From the NCBI GenBank assembly GCA_052033915.1, contig JBPOJF010000013.1:78400-142399 (forward strand): a stretch of 64,000 nt of DNA, read 5' to 3'. The stretch comes from Lentisphaerota bacterium. GTDB taxonomy: Bacteria; Verrucomicrobiota; Kiritimatiellia; CAIQIC01; JAGNIJ01. Each line of letters starts with the position of its first letter. Within the stretch, counting starts at the first letter, position 1. A program made the position numbers and the translations under genes. The notes beneath the pieces are model-generated. The model was not told where the DNA came from. It made no database searches and saw only the letters and a program-made list of their open reading frames with translations. Below are positions 1-14,154 of the stretch, piece by piece.

Positions 1-2
1 TT

Positions 3-203
3 CGGCCATGTGGCGAGCAGTGGATCAAAGAGTACGGCCAGAGAGAGTACATCGCCCATCTGAAATGGTTCGACCAGAAGGACACTCCGGACTTGATCTT
101 TCGGAGGCAGCTCCGCGCGGGGCAGCCATCCGAGGACTTTGAATACAGCGCACGCCAGCGCCTCGACAAAGCGGGCCGAACAGACGGCCCGTTTAGAGTA
201 TGA
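3..203 (+). CDS. 3' end of an unidentified upstream gene (partial; frame 3 is open from the window start to a TGA at 201-203)
   Basis: Open frame from the window edge ('...WIKEYGQREYIAHLKWFDQKDTPDLIFRRQLRAGQPSEDFEYSARQRLDKAGRTDGPFRV*'). No recognisable domain. Confidence 0.25.
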   Translation, partial: RPCGEQWIKEYGQREYIAHLKWFDQKDTPDLIFRRQLRAGQPSEDFEYSARQRLDKAGRTDGPFRV

Positions 204-256
204 AGAGCAGGTCATGGTTGCATGTCTGCTGCTAACAGAGGCACTGCGTCCGCAGT

Positions 257-913
257 TCAAACGGGCTTTTGGGCTACCAGATAGGAAGACCAGCCGTAGA
301 AATGGCCCTTGCACGTATACTTCTTTCGGCTAGCCGGCGCCCAGAAATAAAACACGTAAGCCGCTGCAAACAACCAATTACGCGATATTCCCGTACAAGC
401 AATGCCCAAACCGTTCTGCCGGCAACGATCAGCTAACGATCCAATGGAAACAGGCCTAATATGTGTCGGATCATCGTAGAAATTGAAGCCGACCACTCCC
501 GCCATCTTCCCCGATGGGCTCGAGTAGGTCACTGTTTTTGGATGAGGAGTCTCTATGTAAATCCGCCCGCCCGGCTTCAGCAGACGCACAGCCTCCATGA
601 GCAGGTGGTTCGGATCCTGCAAATGCTCCACCAAGTGCATGCAGGTGATCGCATCAATAGTTGCGTCTGCCCAAGGAAGACAATCCTGTTCCAGATTACA
701 CCGATGAAACTGACACCGCGGGGGATAGTTTTCCGGCTTGCCGGCCATGTCCGCGGCAAAAAAAGCTAGATCAGGTCGAAGCTCGGCAATATGTCCCAAC
801 GTTTCTCCGTCGGATGATCCCAAGTCCAACAACGTCCCCCCCAGAGGAACATGTGAAACAAATTGGGCTCTTCGATCAAGCCATTCGATCCCGCGTAAGT
901 GATTCCAGTTCAT
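257..913 (-). CDS. Class I SAM-dependent methyltransferase (Methyltransf_11/23-like), probably sugar O-methylation in the glycan locus
   Basis: 218 aa. Motif I 'LLDLGSSDGETL', acidic loop and 'LLKPGGRIYIETP' post-I region typical of Rossmann-fold MTases. Confidence 0.75.
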   Translation of the reverse strand: MNWNHLRGIEWLDRRAQFVSHVPLGGTLLDLGSSDGETLGHIAELRPDLAFFAADMAGKPENYPPRCQFHRCNLEQDCLPWADATIDAITCMHLVEHLQDPNHLLMEAVRLLKPGGRIYIETPHPKTVTYSSPSGKMAGVVGFNFYDDPTHIRPVSIGSLADRCRQNGLGIACTGISRNWLFAAAYVFYFWAPASRKKYTCKGHFYGWSSYLVAQKPV

Positions 914-1004
914 TGATGTGATTCTTCTCTTCTTCCTGCCGCGGTCCTGTCATTGGCGTCACGAGAGTCTACCCGGAAGGACATTGGATTTCGTCCGCAT
1001 CCGC

Positions 1005-1865
1005 TCAATCCAGCTTCCATCGAAACGAGGCGTTACGCACCGAAAAATATTTACGAGCGGATCCGGGATCGTCGTAAAGAGCGTATTCGATCGGTCCGGT
1101 GTTCACATATGCGCCATAAAGAAGTTTTTCCGCAAGCCGCGACATATTGAGGACGGGCCGCAACGCCCTGACCCAGATCGGCGCCGAGGCCGCCAACGCC
1201 GATGGTTCCGTCCTGAACTTCTCTTCGGCGCTCAGGTTCGTTCCTGTCATCGTAAACACCGCTACATAGCGCCGAAAATGGCGGGCCCGGCAACCCGATC
1301 TCAGAAGACGCACGACGAAGTCCGCGTCCCCAACGCTTCGGAATTCGGGATTGAACCGGAAGCCTTTTTCAAGGACCCGCCGGCGGAAGAAGAGCGTGCA
1401 AGACAACACATACAGGTGTCCCGCGAGAACATACGACCACCTGAGCGGATAGGACTTGCGAAACGCAATGAGGGAGCCGTCCGGACGGATCAACAACGCA
1501 TCCCCGAAAACGATATCCGCGTCGGGATACCGCTCAAACGCCTCCGCCGCCGACACCAGCGCGCCGGGAAGATACTGCTCGTCGCAGTTCAGGTACGCGA
1601 CGATCTCGCCGCGGGCCATCTCGAAGCCTTTGTTGATCGCATCGTACATCCCGCGGTCTTTCTCGCTGATCCATTTCACGCCGCTTTGCTGCTTCAGCCA
1701 TTCCACGGTTCCATCGGAAGATCCCCCGTCGACGACAATGTGCTCATGCCGCATGTCGGACTGATCCGCGACCGAGGAACAACATCGCTTCAGATACGGA
1801 AGCGCGTTGAACGCGGGGGTGATGATGGAGAAACGAAATCTGTCGCCAACGTCCGGAGTATTCAC
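1005..1865 (-). CDS. Family 2 glycosyltransferase (GT-A fold)
   Basis: 'FSIITPAFNALPYLKRCCSSVADQS...HIVVDGGSSDGT' is the canonical GT2 N-terminus with a DxD-like 'NCDEQY'. 4-nt ATGA overlap with the downstream GT4. Confidence 0.8.
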   Translation of the reverse strand: MNTPDVGDRFRFSIITPAFNALPYLKRCCSSVADQSDMRHEHIVVDGGSSDGTVEWLKQQSGVKWISEKDRGMYDAINKGFEMARGEIVAYLNCDEQYLPGALVSAAEAFERYPDADIVFGDALLIRPDGSLIAFRKSYPLRWSYVLAGHLYVLSCTLFFRRRVLEKGFRFNPEFRSVGDADFVVRLLRSGCRARHFRRYVAVFTMTGTNLSAEEKFRTEPSALAASAPIWVRALRPVLNMSRLAEKLLYGAYVNTGPIEYALYDDPGSARKYFSVRNASFRWKLD

Positions 1866-3037
1866 AAATTGACCCTCACGATTTCTCTGTAGAAATCCGC
1901 ATGCAACTGCGCGATGCGGGACGGTTCGTTCAGAGTCCTGACCTTGCTCCGGCCAGCCTCTCCCATCCGTTTACATTGATCCGCGTCCTCCAACAACATC
2001 TCCATGCCACGAGCCATGGCCGAAGAGTCGTCAACAGAAACAAGGAATCCATCCTGCCCCGGGTCGACCAACTCCGGAAGTCCTCCGGTCTGCGTGGCCA
2101 GCACCGGCAATCCCGCGGCATGGGCTTCCGTCACGACGTTGGGCGAGGTATCCATGCGGGAGCCCAACACGAGGGCACGCGACTTTCGCATCTCACTCAT
2201 CACTCCCGCGCGATCCATTTGTCCCGCAAACTCCACCCTTTCAGCGACGTGGAGTTCCCTCGCCGCCTGCATCAGGCTGGATCGCTGGGGACCATCCCCC
2301 ACGAAGCACAGTTCCGCCTGTTTGTTTCGACAGCTCGCAAAGGCTTGAAGAACGGTGTGCATGCCCTTCATCGGGCACAACGTGCCGACGCAGAGAAGGC
2401 GTGGCGCCGAGTAATCCGGCTGGACGGTCAGGAACTCCGGATTGACGGCGTGCGGGATCACCCGAATTCTCTGATGAGGGGCATGGCTTCTTACCCAGTT
2501 CGCGGCAAACTCGTTTTCCACGACCATGCCCGCAGCCCTTGTCAGCACCCAGCGCTCCAGAAACCTCAGGAAGGCGATGGATCCCGGCAGCAGGACGCTT
2601 CGCATGTACGGGGCCAGCTTCTCCATGATTCCCTGAATAGACACGATGCCGGGGGAATCCTGAAGCACGGCCATCAGGCCATATCCAGATTCCGTTCCGA
2701 ACCCGTGAACCACATCCGGCTTGAATTCCCGAAGCAAAGGCCCCAGCCGAAGCCGGCTTGGGACATACAGATGCCAGGGATCAAACCGTGTCGGTTCGAT
2801 CTTGGGCATGAACGTGAAATCAATACCGCCGTCCCGCACCTCATGCCGCCGCGTAACGGCTCGGCTGTCGACAAACACCCGGAATTCGACCCCGGGCAAA
2901 TTCTTCAACCCCATGCACAGCGACCGAATCCACGACGAAGGATGTTCCTGGCGATACCGGGGGCGCACGACATCAGGAGGCAGCAAAGCGCCCGCGGGAT
3001 AGGGCGCGAGAATCGCCACTCTGAGAACAGGGTTCAC
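1862..3037 (-). CDS. Family 4 glycosyltransferase (GT-B, group 1)
   Basis: C-terminal 'EFAGQMDRAGVMSEMRKSRALVLGSRMDTSPNVVTEAHAAGLPVLATQTGGLPELV' is the GT4 E-x7-E region. Confidence 0.8.
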   Translation of the reverse strand: MNPVLRVAILAPYPAGALLPPDVVRPRYRQEHPSSWIRSLCMGLKNLPGVEFRVFVDSRAVTRRHEVRDGGIDFTFMPKIEPTRFDPWHLYVPSRLRLGPLLREFKPDVVHGFGTESGYGLMAVLQDSPGIVSIQGIMEKLAPYMRSVLLPGSIAFLRFLERWVLTRAAGMVVENEFAANWVRSHAPHQRIRVIPHAVNPEFLTVQPDYSAPRLLCVGTLCPMKGMHTVLQAFASCRNKQAELCFVGDGPQRSSLMQAARELHVAERVEFAGQMDRAGVMSEMRKSRALVLGSRMDTSPNVVTEAHAAGLPVLATQTGGLPELVDPGQDGFLVSVDDSSAMARGMEMLLEDADQCKRMGEAGRSKVRTLNEPSRIAQLHADFYREIVRVNL

Positions 3038-3046
3038 GGATCTGGA

Positions 3047-4591
3047 TCAGTTCCAGGGCGCAGAAATGCGGACATCTACAGGAAGGGACGGCCGGCGCGC
3101 GGACGGCCACCGAAACGGCACGGGCGAGGACGACGCGTTGTTCCGCACAGACTGCTGTTCTGCGGTTCGCAAGATCCCCCACAGAATCGCGGAGAACATA
3201 AACATCATGGTAAATGATTGAAGGTCACCGTAGATGAAGAAGAAGTTCAGCACCTGGTAGATGTAGTAGGCCGTGTAGAAACAGTACGCTCTGCGAAGAA
3301 GCGGATCTTCAATGGGCGTCGCAAGACGCTTGTAGAATTCGACCGCCGAGGCAATCAGAAAGCCCGAGCCCGCGACGAGTCCCAACACTCCCAGGTCCAA
3401 CAGAAGGGCGAGCGGCCCGTTGTGATACGTATGCGACATCAGAGCCATGGTGACGGTATCCGTGCGCATGCTCATCATGGCGTTGAGATCCTCCGGGTTG
3501 ATGGTCAGGCCCTTTCCGATCAACAGGTAATCGGGGACCTGCAGCCACGCCTGTTTCCAAATCTCCACACGCCAAAGGGACGAATCCAGCGCGTCCGCTC
3601 TCGCTGCCAGGGAAACATCAATGAACGGAATGAGGGACAAGGTGCGCTGCATCGACATCGGCAGGTGCCGTGCGAAAGGCATGAGGATCATCAGCACGAG
3701 CGCGCACGTGACCGCCGTCGCGACCAATCCTCTCAGCGGCCGCTGGCTCTGGAGGAGAATGTAGATCACCAACACACCCAACGTGATGAGCAGCGAACTG
3801 CGAAACCCGGATATCATGCTCAGAGTGACAGAAATCACAATCAATGCGCCAGCAAAGAACTTGTATCTACCCCGAAAAGGAAACAGCACCAGCGCGATGG
3901 CAAGCAGATTCTGGCCAAAGCCGGCCAGCAGATTATACCGCACAACCCCGGTATCGGTCTGGGACGCCCTCAAGGAACCGACCAGGGCAGGGATTTCGGC
4001 GCGTATGAAGTTATACTGGAAGTAAATCTTGCCGTTGCTTAACTGAAAAATAACCTGAGCCAGCGCCGGAAGAGCGCTCAGAAGCAACATGACGATGATT
4101 GTATTACGCCACTGCCGCGTGGTGAGAGTAACCGAATCTCCAAGCAGGAGAAAGCCCGCCATGATGAACAACTGGATGTAAGCCATCCCGCCCCAGGACG
4201 ATCCGCCAAATACGCGAAGACCAAAACCGCGCACGAATGCTGTGAACAGAAGGATCGCAAGGAACAGATAAACGAAACCCCGGGACCACGTCCATTTCTG
4301 CCGCGTCTCCTTCGTGATGATCCGGTTCGCCATCATGACGATGACAAAACCAAACGCGAACAAATGGTATGCCTGCAGTCCTTGCGGCATGAACGGGAGA
4401 ATCAGCTGGCTCTGATAGATGGCGATCACAAGACAGAGCCACACGTCAGGACGATTGATCAGGAAGATCAGGATCGGGGCAAGCGCCAGACCGAGCTGGA
4501 GAAGGTAGTTTCCGGTGACAATGCCGTAGAAAGCGACAAGGAAAACCAAACCCACCAGACCCCACGTTACCAATAGCATCGGCGAGAACAT
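3047..4591 (-). CDS. Polytopic membrane protein, O-antigen polymerase/ligase (Wzy_C-like) family
   Basis: 514 aa with more than 10 predicted TM helices and a large loop near the C-terminal third. Sits inside the glycan locus. Confidence 0.55.
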   Translation of the reverse strand: MFSPMLLVTWGLVGLVFLVAFYGIVTGNYLLQLGLALAPILIFLINRPDVWLCLVIAIYQSQLILPFMPQGLQAYHLFAFGFVIVMMANRIITKETRQKWTWSRGFVYLFLAILLFTAFVRGFGLRVFGGSSWGGMAYIQLFIMAGFLLLGDSVTLTTRQWRNTIIVMLLLSALPALAQVIFQLSNGKIYFQYNFIRAEIPALVGSLRASQTDTGVVRYNLLAGFGQNLLAIALVLFPFRGRYKFFAGALIVISVTLSMISGFRSSLLITLGVLVIYILLQSQRPLRGLVATAVTCALVLMILMPFARHLPMSMQRTLSLIPFIDVSLAARADALDSSLWRVEIWKQAWLQVPDYLLIGKGLTINPEDLNAMMSMRTDTVTMALMSHTYHNGPLALLLDLGVLGLVAGSGFLIASAVEFYKRLATPIEDPLLRRAYCFYTAYYIYQVLNFFFIYGDLQSFTMMFMFSAILWGILRTAEQQSVRNNASSSPVPFRWPSARRPSLPVDVRISAPWN

Positions 4592-4637
4592 ATGAAAATT
4601 GAATCCTTGTCCGTCAGCTTATGGATGCGCCGGCAGT

Positions 4638-5882
4638 TTACGCGCCGATGTTTTCGGCCGCAAGTCGGTTGTAGATGCCGAGAGCCCGCGATGCCACGGA
4701 AGCCATCGCCCACTCCGTTTCGGCTCGCGATCGAGCTCCGCGGCCCAACCGTGTCCGAAGCTCGCGGTCTCGAATCAAGGATAGCATGGCCTGTGCCAAG
4801 GGTTCGGCTTCTCCAACGGGAACCACCAGTCCATTGACCCGGTCATCCACAACCGCCCGATTTCCAGGGATGTCGGATACCACGGCCGGAACGCCCCAGC
4901 TCTGTGACTCAAGGAGCGCGTTGGACATTCCCTCGCGCCGCGAAGGGAGCACAAAGAAGGCGGACTTCGCATAGAGGCCGGCGACGTCAGCGACAGAGCC
5001 TTTGAAATCGACCGTCTCCGCAATGCCGAGACGGCCAGCGTGGTCTCTCCAATAATCGATCTCTCCACCACCCGCGATGATCATTTGTGCGCCAGGACAT
5101 TGTGCGACTACCATCTTCCACGCATCGAACAAGACATCGAACGCTTTCCATTCAACACCCTGACGGAAATTGCCAACATAGAGAGCCTTCAGGTTGACGG
5201 CCACATCCGCCACCCCGGAAGGCAGTTCGACCCCGTTGGGAAGCACCGCTGCGATCTTGATCCCTTTCTCAGAAAGCGATTTGGCAGCGCGTTCTGTCTG
5301 CGCAAGATAGGGCGGACTCAGACGCCATCTTTCCCAGCACGATTTAAACGGGATCCCCACGCCGATCGGCATGAGAACGGGGAATGACGCTTCCTTCACA
5401 ACAACCGGCAATTGCAGACGGGCGCCGAGCCACGCGCCGAATCCGGCAATCCAATGAGACTCGTGTACGTGAAGCGCTGTGAATTCCTTCTTCCTTCTCA
5501 CCAGATAAAGCCAGGCGCCCATCATGAAGATCACCCGTTCAAGCCAGAGGAACGGGATGGAAGGACCGAAACTTCTGCATCGGCCGGGAGAAGCGCTATT
5601 GGACCCGGGTGCCCGCATTTCTTCCGGGCGGGATGCAAACCCGCGTTTTGCTCTCTGAATCATTCCGATACACGATTCCGCAATCGGCGAGAACCATCCC
5701 ACGCGCCGGATATCCACTCCATCACGGAGCTCACTGCGCGGCGCACCATAAGAGAAGCGACGCGTCAGGATCGCGCAGGAGGCGCCCTGCCCAACCAATT
5801 CCCGAGCGAGACGACGGCACTGCATTTCGGCGCCGCCTTGCGGCCCCGGCCAGTAATTCCAGATCAGCATGCAGATCTTCAC
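4638..5882 (-). CDS. Family 4 glycosyltransferase
   Basis: 'MKICMLIWNYWPGPQGGAEMQCRRLARELVGQG' N-terminus and 'FVLPSRREGMSNALLESQSWGVPAVVSDIPGNRAVV' C-terminal GT4 motif. Confidence 0.8.
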   Translation of the reverse strand: MKICMLIWNYWPGPQGGAEMQCRRLARELVGQGASCAILTRRFSYGAPRSELRDGVDIRRVGWFSPIAESCIGMIQRAKRGFASRPEEMRAPGSNSASPGRCRSFGPSIPFLWLERVIFMMGAWLYLVRRKKEFTALHVHESHWIAGFGAWLGARLQLPVVVKEASFPVLMPIGVGIPFKSCWERWRLSPPYLAQTERAAKSLSEKGIKIAAVLPNGVELPSGVADVAVNLKALYVGNFRQGVEWKAFDVLFDAWKMVVAQCPGAQMIIAGGGEIDYWRDHAGRLGIAETVDFKGSVADVAGLYAKSAFFVLPSRREGMSNALLESQSWGVPAVVSDIPGNRAVVDDRVNGLVVPVGEAEPLAQAMLSLIRDRELRTRLGRGARSRAETEWAMASVASRALGIYNRLAAENIGA

Positions 5883-6934
5883 GACGATTCGTTCGGCGAT
5901 TTCGCCGCCTGAATGGCATCCAGAAAATCAACAACATGAGCTTCCTCGGGCCACATTCTCCCTTCATGCCACACCATCCGGCTGTCCCAGTGACCCGGGC
6001 ACGACTCGACCGCCCAGTTTGCGTAACAGTAGCTGATCTCGACAACAACCGGCATGTGTCCAGAACCTGCGTAGAGAAGGTCAAACGCCATGGATTGAGA
6101 ACCGAGCTTTTTCGCCGCACTGAAGGCAAGTTCGATGCATTGCGGGTCAATCTTCAAAGGATCCGGATCGATCACACCACTCCCCGAGGCCCTGAAGTCG
6201 TCCGGCCGATTCATTCGGCAAAAGCCAAACGCCCGATCCCCGACCACGGTGACGCGCGTGTCGAATGCATTGTCCGGCAAGAACTCCTGAAACAGCGCAT
6301 ATCCCCGCTGGGGCATCCAGAACTGCTTGGGCAAGGGCGGGTACTTCTTCCGCAGCATGTACCGGCCGCCCCAGATCAACCGCTGGGCAATGTCCTTCAC
6401 GATTCCACCCACCGTGGACTTGTCCGAATGCAGGCCGATGCCGATAATCCCCGCACGCGAGAACATCGACGCAATGTGTTCGCGACCCTCGCCGATATTC
6501 CGGATGAGCTTTACATTGTTCGATCCTGCGCCCATGGCGAGTTTCGCGACCACAGGATATGGCGCCGCTTCCGCCCATCGTTCAGCCTCCGCACGATCCC
6601 AGAAAATCCACGTCCTCGGCGTGGGAATGCCCAATGCCTGAAGCAGGTACGACTGGGAGATCTTGTCGTCGTAGTGCCATGCGGTACGAAGATCGGGAAA
6701 CACAGGAATCTTCATCTCCTTCTCGATGACGTAAAGGATCGGCCGCGCAGCCAGACGGACTTCGTGCGGGTAGTGCGCCCAATGCCACATCACGCCGTCG
6801 CACCCGCAAACGTCGTTAAGGGGGTCCGACCCCAGCAAGTTCAGCCATCGAAGAGAAACACCGCGATCGTGAAGGGTCTCGCCCCACCGGGCCGCAAAAC
6901 CCTCGCTGTCCTTGTGAATACCCACCGTGGTCAT
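5879..6934 (-). CDS. ATP-grasp domain protein (RimK/D-Ala-D-Ala-ligase-like) embedded in the glycan locus
   Basis: 'PVVAKLAMGAGSNNVKLIRN', 'ALFQEFLPDNAFDTRVTVVGDRAF' and 'MAFDLLYAGSGHMPVVVEISY' fit the ATP-grasp B/C subdomains. ATGA overlap with the upstream GT4. Confidence 0.6.
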   Translation of the reverse strand: MTTVGIHKDSEGFAARWGETLHDRGVSLRWLNLLGSDPLNDVCGCDGVMWHWAHYPHEVRLAARPILYVIEKEMKIPVFPDLRTAWHYDDKISQSYLLQALGIPTPRTWIFWDRAEAERWAEAAPYPVVAKLAMGAGSNNVKLIRNIGEGREHIASMFSRAGIIGIGLHSDKSTVGGIVKDIAQRLIWGGRYMLRKKYPPLPKQFWMPQRGYALFQEFLPDNAFDTRVTVVGDRAFGFCRMNRPDDFRASGSGVIDPDPLKIDPQCIELAFSAAKKLGSQSMAFDLLYAGSGHMPVVVEISYCYANWAVESCPGHWDSRMVWHEGRMWPEEAHVVDFLDAIQAAKSPNESS

Positions 6935-7013
6935 GTTCGCCTCATAGGGTCCTGTGGATGAATGAACTCGTGTCCATACCGCGCGGATTGATTCGGCCGG
7001 GTGCCGGGATGGA

Positions 7014-8380
7014 TCAAGTGCGCTTACCCATGATCGTCCGCTTCAGACGCGCCACACCTCTCCACGCCATATCACCCAGTTCCGAAAGTCCGACCGCCTG
7101 GAGAAGCGCGTGGCCGATACGCCGCCACGCTGTGTTCTCCTTATGCTGCTTCAAGAACCCAAACGCTTCAATCGGCGCCGCAGAGCGTTTGGGTTTCGGA
7201 ACAAGCTCCTGCACGGCGTCTAGCAGTCGCTGAAAGCATGCTTTCTCATTGTAGTCGCGCATCGTCCGCTCCCAGCCTGCCGCCGCGATCGCGCGCCTCT
7301 CCTCCTCGTGGGCAAGGTAGTACCGGCAAAGGTCGACAGCCTCCTCAACGGTTTCAAACCCGACGGCCTCCCGGCCGACCTCGAACAGTGTCCCCAAGTG
7401 CGATTTGTTGTCGCACACGAGCAGAACGCCGTTGGCCGGCAGAACGAATGTTCTGAAGTTAATTGGCCCCGTGGAGTTATGGAAGTTCGGCCCGATCCTG
7501 GTCCGCTGGAGAAGCGGAACGCGATCCTTCTCCGGCAGGAATCCTCGCGGCCAGCCGCGCCCGTGGTAATGACCGTCGGGAAACGCCTGCACGAAGTAGT
7601 CCAGCCGTTCGGCGCGCCAGTCGGTCACGCGCTCGCACAGCAGAGCGATGTCCACGTCTCTCTCGCCAGCCAGTATTTTTTCCTTCGTGAGCGATGGATC
7701 GTAGTCGTCGACATGGAAGCCGAGCGGCCACGGCCTGACGTTCCTGACACCCCAGGAGCGATACGTGTCGATCTCGGCCATATTCCCCACCATGGCCAGG
7801 TCATAAGACCATGCCACGGGTTTCGAGAGCTCTTCCGAAGACTCGGGATCATCGAAGCACCCATAGACCGTGGTGACCGGTAATTGCCTTACAAATTCAG
7901 GATGAAGATTGACCCCATTCCAATTGACGAACACGTCGTACCCTTCCACACGTCGCGCCAGTTCTTCGTAGAGGCGCATCAGATCGACATCCCCGCGCCG
8001 CCAGCGAGCGTTCAATTCGCGCCAACGATAGTGTTCGCGCGGCGGATTGGGAGTGAGGCAAAACGTATCCACGTGGAAGCCATAGGAACACAGCCGCCGC
8101 ACCCAATCCTCCACCCACGCGCGTATGTCTACCGCGTAGGGATAGTAACTGTAACCGAGTAGAACGCGTCTGTTCATCGAGACACGAGCGTCAAGACACG
8201 GCCGCGGGGCACGCATGGCGCATTGACCGCCATCAGCGCCGCCGAATGTCCCGTTGAAGTGCCGATGTCGAGGCAGATGGATGGATGGCTCAAACACACC
8301 TTCGTTCAGCGCGCGGTTATCCACATCCTGCCGGTCATCCAACCGCCGGACAAACGAGAAAACGCGGAATCCAATCCTGC

Positions 8381-8384
<4 letters not shown>
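7014..8384 (-). CDS. CgeB-like / DUF3880-type glycosyltransferase (GT-B)
   Basis: Domain call is weak and by eye. A start at 8384 gives an ATGA overlap with the Wzx stop. Alternative internal start at 8177 (MNRRVLLGYSYY...). The track ORF extends to 8675 but overlaps Wzx by ~300 nt. Confidence 0.45.
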
Positions 8385-12327
<3,943 letters not shown>

Positions 12328-12333
12328 GATCCG

Positions 12334-13449
12334 CTACGCGTAAAAACCCGCAATCGTTTCGGCTACGAATCGCGCCTGTTCGTCCGTCAATTCAGGATAA
12401 ACCGGCAGGGCCAGCGTTTCGAACGCGGCCTTTTCGCTCACGGGGAAATCGCCTGCCTTGTAGCCGAAATGGGCAAAGCATTCCTGAAGGTGCAACGGAA
12501 CCGGGTAGTATACCTCGCACCCGATGTCATGTTTCTTCAAGTGCGCGGCGAGATCGTCCCGGCGCTCGGCACGGATAACATATTGATTGAAGATGTGGCG
12601 TTCCCGGACAACCGCAGGCAGGCTGACGACTCCCTTCTTCAGCAACCCGCTGTTTTCAAACAGCACATCATATCGCTTCGCGTTGGCCCGGCGCGCTGCC
12701 GTCCACGATTCCAAATGCTTGAGCTTCACGTTCAGCACCGCGGCTTGAAGCGCATCCAGCCGGAAATTGCCGCCGACCATCTTGTGATAATACTTCGGCT
12801 CCATGCCGTGATTGCGCAGAGAACTCAGCTTCGCGGCACGGCGTGAATCGTTCGTTGTCACCAGACCGCCATCCCCGGCGCCCCCAAGGTTCTTGGAAGG
12901 GAAGAACGAGAAGCAGCCGTAATCGCCGATCGAGCCGACTCGCCGGCCATTGTATTCGGTACCCACCGCCTGGCAGGCATCCTCGATGATTACGAGCCCG
13001 TGTTTTTTCGCCAGCGCCATAATCGGCTCCATGTCCGCCGACTGACCGTACAAATGGACCGGCATGATAGCCTTCGTTCGCGGCGTGATCTTCGCGGCGA
13101 TCAGCGCCGGATCGATGTTGCAGGTCGCCGGATCGACATCCACAAAGACCGGCCTGGCGCCGGTTCGGGCAATGGACCCCGCGGTGGCAAAAAACGTGTA
13201 AGGGCTTGTAATCACCTCATCCCCCGCCCCAATGCCCTCGGCCATCAAGGCCATCAGCAGGGCATCCGTGCCGGAAGACACGCCGCACGCATGGGCGCAA
13301 CCGCAATAGGCCGCTACGGCTTTTTCAAACTCAACAACCTTGGGACCGAGAATGAAGGATTGCGAGTCGAAGACCTCGGACACCGCGGGATCGATTTCGG
13401 ATTGGATGGCGCGGTACTGTGCTTTCAGATCGAGAAGGGGAACTTTCAT
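12334..13449 (-). CDS. DegT/DnrJ/EryC1/StrS family PLP-dependent sugar aminotransferase
   Basis: 'FDSQSFILGPKVVEFEKAVAAYCGCAHACGVSSGTDALLMALMA...DEVITSPYTFFATA' and 'SFFPSKNLGGAGDGG' (PLP-lysine region). Confidence 0.85.
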   Translation of the reverse strand: MKVPLLDLKAQYRAIQSEIDPAVSEVFDSQSFILGPKVVEFEKAVAAYCGCAHACGVSSGTDALLMALMAEGIGAGDEVITSPYTFFATAGSIARTGARPVFVDVDPATCNIDPALIAAKITPRTKAIMPVHLYGQSADMEPIMALAKKHGLVIIEDACQAVGTEYNGRRVGSIGDYGCFSFFPSKNLGGAGDGGLVTTNDSRRAAKLSSLRNHGMEPKYYHKMVGGNFRLDALQAAVLNVKLKHLESWTAARRANAKRYDVLFENSGLLKKGVVSLPAVVRERHIFNQYVIRAERRDDLAAHLKKHDIGCEVYYPVPLHLQECFAHFGYKAGDFPVSEKAAFETLALPVYPELTDEQARFVAETIAGFYA

Positions 13450-13468
13450 ACCTGGACAGGAACCTCCA

Positions 13469-13969
13469 TTATTTCAGCAGCATTTTCAGAATCGAACTAT
13501 CCCAAAGCCCTTGGGCGCGGTCACGAAACGATTGAAGCTTCTTCACCCGGTCGGCGATAAAAGCCCAATCCTTATCGGCCTTCTTCCCGTTCCGCATTCG
13601 CTCCTGGAGTAACGCCTGCGAATCCTCGAGAAGTCCGTCCGACGTTTCCATCTTTCGGCCGATCATGTCCAGCAACGCCTTGCGGATGATCCGGCCGAAC
13701 TCGTCCGTCGCCACGTAATAGTCTTTTCGGTCCCCCTTGATCCAGACCCTGCGCAGCGCCCCCCATTGATCCAACTGGCGAACCGCCATGCTGGCGCTGC
13801 CTTTGCTGATTCCCAGCTTCCGGGTCAGATCATCCAGGGACTGCGGGTCGCGGCTGAAGTAGATGTGGGCAAAAATCTGGCCCAGCACCCGGCCGGCTCC
13901 GAGCGATTGCGTGAAGTGGCCCGCGGTCTCGATGAAACGCCGGCGAAGGGAGTGCAGTTCCTGATTCAT
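13469..13969 (-). CDS. GbsR/MarR-type winged-helix transcriptional regulator embedded in the glycan locus
   Basis: 'FIETAGHFTQSLGAGRVLGQIFAHIYFSRDPQSLDDLTRKLGISKGSASMAVRQLDQWGALRRVWIKGDRKDYY' is the GbsR-family HTH. The track ORF starts at 14041 with a Pro/Ser-rich extension. The internal M at 13969 is the more plausible start. Confidence 0.55.
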   Translation of the reverse strand: MNQELHSLRRRFIETAGHFTQSLGAGRVLGQIFAHIYFSRDPQSLDDLTRKLGISKGSASMAVRQLDQWGALRRVWIKGDRKDYYVATDEFGRIIRKALLDMIGRKMETSDGLLEDSQALLQERMRNGKKADKDWAFIADRVKKLQSFRDRAQGLWDSSILKMLLK

Positions 13970-14132
13970 AGTGCGGCTCCTTGTGAGTGGACTCGGAGGA
14001 TCACGCGACGGGAGAGCGCTCGTTTCCGGGCGCGGATTCAACGCGCCCCCGGGCAGACTTCGTCCCGGTCAGTTCCCGGCGGGCCCCCGGAAGGACTGAA
14101 CTTGCCTCCTACCCTGCACGGCAAGTTTCATT

Positions 14133-14154
14133 ACGTTCAATTAGTTTTGAACGT
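14133..14154. promoter_or_regulatory. Perfect-arm inverted repeat ACGTTCAA-N6-TTGAACGT upstream of the GbsR-like regulator; candidate operator
   Basis: Seen directly at 14133..14154, in the 185-nt gap between the O-antigen-ligase gene stop and the regulator start. Confidence 0.3.

Noticed and set aside
139-333. 64-aa plus-strand ORF at the window start
   Set aside because: Overlaps the 3' end of the methyltransferase gene on the opposite strand. No signals and an atypical composition.
1901-3217. 438-aa plus-strand ORF antisense to the GT4 gene; likewise 5609..6961 (+), 12244..12846 (+), 13987..14925 (+), 18194..18979 (+), 19406..20461 (+), 25008..25829 (+), 31477..32754 (+), 36472..38652 (-), 48607..49674 (-), 50323..51303 (-), 54109..55917 (-), 56771..58144 (+), 62764..63777 (-)
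   Set aside because: All are antisense or frame-shifted shadows of confidently assigned genes. Compositions are R/G/A/P/H-rich and no domains are recognisable.
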